Shown in pieces: positions 60,283 through 64,000 of a stretch of 64,000 nt of DNA (positions are counted from its first letter, which is position 1; each line of letters starts with the position of its first letter). The stretch covers positions 1,178,001-1,242,000 of the forward strand of contig MU004239.1 of assembly GCA_010405405.1 (NCBI GenBank), written 5' to 3'. The notes under the pieces are model-generated. The model was not told where the DNA came from. It did no database searches and worked only from the letters and a program-made list of their open reading frames with translations. Made by a program: the position numbers and the translations under genes. The DNA is from Microthyrium microscopicum (taxonomy: Eukaryota).

Positions 60283-60888
60283 TTTGTTGGTGATTTGTTA
60301 GATTTCTAAGATGTGTGGATCAGATTTTAAGCAGCAGAACAAGATTCGTAGATGTTTTAAAAGAACGTAAAGCAATTGAAGATTGTTGAGGTCGGATAGT
60401 GTACTCATACGATGATGATAAAAGTCAGGCTATGAGATGGAATTCTTTCCTAATCGAGCAAGTAGATAATACTCACGACGGAAAGAGCATTGGAAGAACG
60501 AGGTTGGCCACGCTTTCTTCTCGTGGCAGCCGTCAGCACACCTTTTAGCGTTCGTCCTTGCTACTTTTATATGCTAACCTAACTACATCTGCACTATACG
60601 ATAGCTTTACCAAGCGATTTGCATTGAACTTGGTGAAACTTGAGCCTTAGAGACGGCGGTCAGACCAGATGTGGAGAAAATTTCCAGCGACAAGGCTGAA
60701 TCTCAGCCTCATTGCTTTTGGTGGACACAAAGTTGCTTTGATTATGCCCTCTGATTGGCTACTTCCAAAGCAAGCCTCACAGGCATTTATAAGAATGACT
60801 TCACCTTCAAGTTCCAACCTTCCTCACCATCAAACACTCCCAAATTCTAGAATCTCCTAGTAAAAGGCGGATTCAAAGTCTACGCCTG

Positions 60889-61620
60889 ATGGCTGCCAGC
60901 ACTTTCACAACCGACTCTGCCCGCTGGGCCGCCGTTCAATCCCGCCTGCCCGCCGCAGATGGCCACTTTGTCTACTGCGTCCGCACCACCCATATCTACT
61001 GCCGTCCCGTCTGCAAAGCTCGACCTGCCCGTCGCGCTAATGTCGAGTTTCGAACGACACCGTTTGAAGCTGAAGAGGCAGGCTATCGGGCTTGTAAAAG
61101 ATGTAAGCCCGCGCTGGCATCTAGTATGCCGGAAGACGATGCGGTTATCAAGGTTCGGCAGTGGTTAGCGGATGATGCGCAAGGAAAACATGTGCAAGAC
61201 GGGAAGAGTTTACAGAGTTTACGGGTGATGGCGAAAGAGACTGGCTTGAGCAAGTGGCATTTTCATCGGGTGTTTAAGAAAGTTGTTGGTGTGACGCCGG
61301 TGGAATATGCGCGGATGTGTAGGAGCTTGGAGGAGAGTTTGGGGGAGTCGAGTAGTGCTTCGCCAGCGAGTACTGGGCTCGAGAGCCTGAGCGTTGGAGA
61401 ACTTGGTGGTGTGATAGAGGGTATGCCGTTTCCTGTTTTTGCGGAGGATTCAATAGCGATATGGCCGACTCAGGACGAGTAAGTTGGTGTGGTGTGAGGA
61501 GGACTTCAGCGAGCTAATTTGGGACTTAGGGACAGTCTTTGGGATCTATTCCTTTACGATGGGCTGCCAGAGGAGGAGATAGGGGGCTCTTTCCTGCCGC
61601 CTCTCGACCCGCTGTTATGA
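60889..61620 (+). CDS. Ada-like methylphosphotriester-DNA alkyltransferase / regulator (Ada Zn-binding + AraC HTH)
   Basis: FVYCVRTTHIYCRPVC...AGYRACKRC (four Zn ligands as in E. coli Ada N-domain), LSKWHFHRVFKKVVGVTP HTH; intron ~61479-61529. Confidence 0.9.
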
Positions 61621-61850
61621 TTACGAAGGAACAGCAGAGAGAGAAAATGGTTACCATAAATCCAAAAGTAGCAGCAACATCGTCATGACCAACGAGCGTT
61701 TGAATATACAGAAAATCTCATTCTCTATTTGAGTTCATCGAAACTTGACCGCGAAAATTAGTCTGGTCTTTCTCGAGCCGTCTAAGCTGTCTGATGTTCA
61801 AAGATCAATCTGTACAGAAGTCTCTGCTCATACTCTTCTAGTATCTCCTA

Positions 61851-63624
61851 TCATTTGTTGACGCCAAAGAGCCGGTCGTTGCCCATCCACGGCCCCGCTC
61901 TGCTTTTAATGCTAGCCTGAACATCTTCAAGCCAAAGCCTCTTCGGTACATCGTGCGGACATTCAGATTGCAATAAAACCCGGTGCGCAACGCGAAGAGG
62001 CAAGAGCAGGTGAAAATTTCGAGGACCAGAACTGCCAGATATGACTGTAGTAGATGACTCCGTGAATGGCAAATGATAGTCCACACTCTGTATTATGCCC
62101 ATTGTAGCATCGGTTATTTCTTGTAAGGCCGAGACTGTTGCCGAAACATCATCATTGTGGGTACCGGTCAGTCGATGTATGGATACGATGAGTTGGTTGG
62201 TCAATATGATTAAAGCGTTGTAAAGCGTGAACACGTTTGCGAAGTCGAGAGAGGTGAAGTGTATGACGGTTGTACATGGATATGGATATGCGGACGGGAT
62301 GGCTGTACTAGGAGTAGTGAGAAACTCGGATTCTGGATCAGAAAGTTTCCATAGATCTCGTGAAAGATGCATGCCATCTCGAAAATTGGTGACTTTCTGT
62401 AAGAGTGTTTGATGAGCTTTTGACCAAGATTGCCTCTGTTCGTTTCCATCGGACATGGTGATGGGGAGTACCTCTGAAAGGGGCACTGATCCCAAATGAT
62501 CCCGTTCCTGGTACAAAGCCGAGATTTGGGCTAAACTATCCCAGAGATAGGCAAGAGCTGAGCTGGGCGAATTTGTACTCTCTTTGGTGAGAGAGACACT
62601 AGCGCTCCATTCGGGACATGCCATTAAAGAGGGACGGCGAGCATATAGCGCCGCTACAATCATCATTGGCCGGGTGTGCTCGAGTAAAGCCCTGAAAATT
62701 GGATTTGTTGCTCTCAAAGCAGGACCTTGAAAAGAGAAGAGCTGCTCTACCCCATCAATGTGGCGTAACCATGAATGTTCATTACTGTCGGTTGGTGCGA
62801 TAACCTAGACATGTAGTGTTAGTCGTTGGAGACAAGTATCAATGGTGGAACCTCTTACTTCATGAAGACACAAAGCAACAACGGAGCTGAGTGTATCTAT
62901 GATACTAGTAGCCCCGGAGCTATTCACTGTTGATTTCACTGTATTCAAAGCACTAACATAGCGACGTCGCCCATCATGTATATGCGCTTCTTGCTGGTGG
63001 CCCAAGCCATACAACGTTGTGGCTAATGCCATAAAGCATTCCTTCCGGATAGTTGATTCCAAGGCATCACTACGATAACTTGGCACGACAAGACTACCAC
63101 AGATAGACTTCATGGGCCCATCGAGATTCGCAAGTAGGTAGGAGATGGCCTGATCGCTTTGCATCTCTGGGCTTGAGCTTGGTGACCAGAGATATGATAC
63201 TTGACAGTACGGCGATGAGAGGGAGTACTCATAACCAGTGGTCTTTTTCAAGGGAGGTGAAACTGTTAGAATATTGCTGTTCCCAGTCGTGTTGGAAAGA
63301 GTTGTCTTCTTCGAAGCCGTCTCGGCTTTCCGCTCCAGACGTTGTAAGACTTGCTGTTTGGCGTCGATGAAGACGATATCTTTGTAGCCCTGACAGCTAA
63401 ATTTCGCTTTAGCGCACCGAAGACATGTTGGGCGGCCTTGATCTGATGGAAGTGTCTTCGCATTAGCTACATTAACCCAATGTACGGTATCTCCAAGCTT
63501 GAGAGCAAGTGATGAGAGCCACCAGTGTTTCTACCGCCTAATGACTGGGATGCCACATACCACATTTCACGCGTCGCTTCACACAAGTTATACAGCCCTT
63601 AGACCGAGCTCTGGTATTTCCCAT
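61851..63624 (-). CDS. Zn(II)2Cys6 transcription factor with fungal-specific TF domain
   Basis: MGNTRARSKGCITCVKRRVKC|DQGRPTCLRCAKAKFSCQGY across an intron; GRRRYVSAL...VVALCLHE|...WLRHIDGVEQL. Confidence 0.88.
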
Positions 63625-64000
63625 GATCCGGGATCCCGGAGGATGGTTTATGATATCGATACTGCCGTCCAGTGCCATGAACCATGTCGCGAATGCTTCC
63701 CTTTCGAGCAATGGGCTTCCGGTCTACTACTAAGTAAACCGTACCCCTTTTGAACTCTCATTTTCAAGTAGCAGTTACGTCAAAGATGTTGAGGAACAAA
63801 AAGAGTTGGCCGCCAAGAGATGAGCCGCATGCCATGATCGCCGTTGCTGATCGACATTCAAGACGCTAAGCCTATTTGGGGCCTAACCACGAGCTCCTGT
63901 CAGCCTCGATGCACCCGCGACTTAACTTCATGTCGCTCCATCGCCATTCGACCTTCTTTAGGAGCCTCAACGCGATGGATTTGCGCTTCAGTACCATTGG

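Overview
Eukaryotic DNA from a filamentous ascomycete (Pezizomycotina-type short GT-AG introns with CTAAC/CTGAC branch points; several Zn2Cys6 factors). About 32 protein-coding genes are visible. Conserved housekeeping blocks occupy ~10.8-32.2 kb (RVS161, mitochondrial TrpRS, RTA1-family + Upc2-like TF, BMT2, RPL25, RBX1, SEC61, NHX1, SUT1-like transporter, SWI5/SAE3) and ~49.4-63.6 kb (YTP1-like, MIC19, GNAT, GH16, STI1, Ada-like, Zn2Cys6 TFs). Two accessory-looking regions lie at ~0-10.4 kb (FAD monooxygenase, Ty3/gypsy RT relic, frameshifted lipase, orphan secreted protein, F-box protein, TF/SDR pair) and ~32.6-49.2 kb (truncated HET gene, Cys-rich secreted protein with an aerolysin/ETX-like hairpin pattern, F-box/LRR-like protein, Met-rich GPI repeat protein, intronless bacterial-type Ig-domain pectin methylesterase, Prx5, AA16 LPMO). 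The best leads are the probable bacteria-to-fungus transfer of the Ig-CE8 gene, the candidate beta-pore-forming protein, a MITE-like inverted repeat upstream of STI1, and a speculative secreted copper/redox neighbourhood around the AA16 gene. All family calls come from motif recognition by eye; no database search was run, and exon boundaries are manual.
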